Part shown: one piece after another, positions 61,373 to 64,000 of the stretch
Layout of the letters: each line of letters opens with the position of its first letter
Position numbering within the stretch: position 1 is the stretch's first letter
Assembly (NCBI GenBank): GCA_001949185.1
Contig: BDGG01000006.1
Location: 540,827 to 604,826, forward strand
DNA from: Ramazzottius varieornatus
Taxonomy: Eukaryota; Animalia; Tardigrada
Direction: 5' to 3'
DNA length: 64,000 nucleotides
Program-made: the position numbers and the translations under genes
Notes under the pieces: model-generated
The model's database searches: none
What the model saw: only the letters and a program-made list of their open reading frames with translations
Told to the model about the DNA's origin: nothing

Positions 61373-63800
61373 CGAGGTAAACGACATAATTCGGCCGTAC
61401 CCGTTTTCGGGACATAATTCGGCCGGTGTTGCGGTATAAGGTGGCAGCACGTGGCACTTTACTGTATGCCGAATACCGCACCCATGACCGTACCACACTT
61501 CGGTTTCGCGGTAACGCTGTTTTGCGGTACCGCACTGGCTATCGAGCAAAGCTTCTTCCCCCACGACAACTACTTTTCCGGAAAGCGATCACAACATCTG
61601 ATTATAAAAGAATCACACAAGAAGCAAGTGGAAAACTGGCACAACATCCATGTTCTGGTACCATGAATGAAAAATGAACAGTGAGGTAAAATTCGCGGAA
61701 TCCGCTAAGGAACAATAAGGTTTGTTAAGTTTTTCGTTGATTTTTAACTGAAGTCTTCTTTGCCTGTTTCGCTGGTTGGGAAGGAGGAGTGTTTCGTTTG
61801 GCTGCTGCTGCTGCCACTTTCTTGGCATTCTTTGCAGCTTTATCCTTTTCCAGTTGTTCTACGAAGCTTGGATGAGTAATCAGAGCACCGGCGGACAACG
61901 ACAGCTATTTGTCTCGCGTCGCTGTTTCCTTGGAGCTTCCCCAAACAGATTCTTCTGGATTGAGTTGGCTAATACCGCGCCGGGAGTCACACCTTTCTGC
62001 TTCAGAAGGACCAACTCTTTTACGTCAGCGAGGTCTTTCTCTGTCATCAAGCCGTAATGCGCCTTCAGCAACTCGAAAAGGGGACTGAAGTCCTGCTCTG
62101 GTCCACTGTGAATTCCACGACTGATGACTTCCAGATCGTGATGCGCCTTTACAGTCTTCCTGATTACGTCCGGATTGAACGGAAACAGACCAACCTGTGC
62201 GAAGCCTGACTTCAGGCACTGTTCTCCGTTAAGCGCGTACTTTTCAGGACAGCCTTCGGTTCGATACCAGAGCTTCACGATGTGGCACAGCAGGGTATCT
62301 TTGGTAACCTATAAGACGTAACAACCTGATCACTCTAGAGAAACCGTGCATACAAAAAACGGGAACTCCGCAAACAAACACGACCATATCGGTTTCCAAA
62401 GTGGCGCAGCGTAACGTTAATTTTAGCTGCAAGCGTACGCCATTCGTGAAAGCGATCAGGACGAGTTTAACAACCGAGCAATGAAATGGAAATCGATTAG
62501 GATAAGTTCCACCAACTTACAATTCCCCTTTTACCAGCCGACGATCACGGAGGTACATGCGCCATTTTTCTTGATTCCGCCGAAAACAGACACATCAAAC
62601 GGCTGCAGATGATTTGTCTGGTTTGTCGGAAGGCAGAATATTTCCACCTGCTTGGCAGTTTTCTCGTAAAGTTCTTTGCAGTAACGGACCAGCAGTAAGT
62701 TGTTCACGTGGCTGAAATGACCGTCGACGAAAACAACGTTTTGCAAAAAGAATCGGACTTGAAAAAGAGGATTTCTTGAGAAGACATTGTGACATACCAG
62801 AAGCACTGCTAGTACGCAGAACATTGCTCACTTGAACGAAGAAACAAGGCTGACGTCATAGCCTAGTTACTCGTACCTTGAGTTCCGTGACGGCAGGGAA
62901 AAGTTTCGTCTTGATGTAGTTTGCAAAGTGCACTTGGTCCATGTAACCTGAAGCGTTCACTGCGTGATAGTCCGAAGGTATCACAGTCCGAAGGTATCAT
63001 CCAGGCGAGACTGTACATGGACCTTTCCGGCGTATAAACCCTTAAATTTGAGCTGGACTCCAGCAGCATTACCGCATGGCAGGATAGTCACGTTCTCCTT
63101 CTCGGTTCCGTCGAATTGCGAGGGGATCTGCTTAGCACCCTTTCTGGCAATGACACGACCGTACATTTCTGAAGTAGTGAAGGCCGTCTCGTCGAGGTTC
63201 CACACTTGCTCTGGTCGCTCGAGGAATCCTCTAACATGTAAGTCCTGTAGTTTGGAGATGTACTCTTCGCAGCGTTCCACAGTCCATTCTGTCCTTTTTC
63301 CTGTTCGAAGAGTGAGTGATGCGTAGAGATAGATCGCTGTGACGAGACAAGAAACGTTGAACATAATTATCGTTGACAGTCGTGTTCTTCAGGCCTGAAA
63401 TGAAAACTTAAAATGAGCAAATTAAAATTATTTCGTACCGAGTATTTCCATCGGTTGTTCCAACGTACCCAGACCAATAGCCACCTCGCAGAACAGCTGT
63501 AGACAGTGGTAACGATTCAAAGGGATTCCCTGATCTGAACAATACATCAAAAAGTCGACCAGACGATCCTCCTCCCAGGGTGGAAACTTGGTTGGAGCAC
63601 CGACGCGAGACGGATTTCGCTTTTCCATCCGACTCCTTAACGTGGTACGGGAGACGCCATTCGTTTTAGCAGAGCTGGTCAGACTTTGCCCGTCCTTTAC
63701 TTCACGGAGAGCTGCCTCCATAGACAGCTCCTTGTGCACTTGAGAAGCAGTCTTCAGCTTGCTAAGGCTCAGCATGTTTCAGGGAGAATAAGGCACTCAA
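61373..63800 (-). mobile_element. pogo-family (CENP-B/DDE_1) transposon, frameshifted; the other end is probably beyond the window
   Basis: HTH-psq-like MEAALREVKDGQSLTSSAKTNGVSRTTL; VWNLDETAF; TILPCGNAAG; VFVDGHFSH; TNHLQPFDVSVFG; KSGFAQVGLFPFNPD. Putative terminus TA|CGAGGTAAACGACATAATTCGGCCG with the GACATAATTCGGCCG motif repeated at 61383 and 61411. Confidence 0.88.
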
Positions 63801-64000
63801 GAAAACGTGAAAGAAGACTTTTTTATAAAATTGGCAGTGCGGTATTGCATCAGACCACGGTCACCAAACGGAAATTCGTCAGAGAGTTGTTTCATACCGT
63901 TCACAACGCTCGAAATCTTGAAAACAAGCTGAGTGACGTGTAGGATACTCATGGAAGCGACGACACAAGCGCCTCTCGAGGCCTACTTGATTTTAGTTTC

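Overview
Eukaryotic (animal) genomic DNA with short GT-AG introns, moderate GC and abundant CpG. The gene content points to a small protostome invertebrate; a tardigrade-like panarthropod is my guess and cannot be proven from this window. Five intact multi-exon host genes can be reconstructed by hand: a class C GPCR of the mXR/mangetout type (12075-19084, +), G-alpha-q (39253-40847, -), AF4/FMR2 lilliputian (44354-49371, +), a secreted lipocalin-like protein (52063-53096, -) and a divergent SLC26 anion transporter (53702-58964, -). They are interspersed with many mostly decayed transposons: two hATs with 8-bp TSDs, a Tc1, a pogo, a MULE-like element, CRE-clade LINE remnants, a piggyBac-like element and several TA-flanked MITEs. 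The most unusual structure is a 4166-bp insertion (26704-30869) that splits the Tc1 transposase. It is terminally redundant (503-bp direct repeats, one mismatch seen), has no TSD or PPT, and carries intron-containing genes on both strands: an intact small zinc-finger-like gene and a decayed LSM14/Trailer-hitch-like gene. Its layout is circularly permuted, as expected for about 1.14 turns of a 3663-bp DNA circle or tandem unit. No rRNA, tRNA or CRISPR array was seen.
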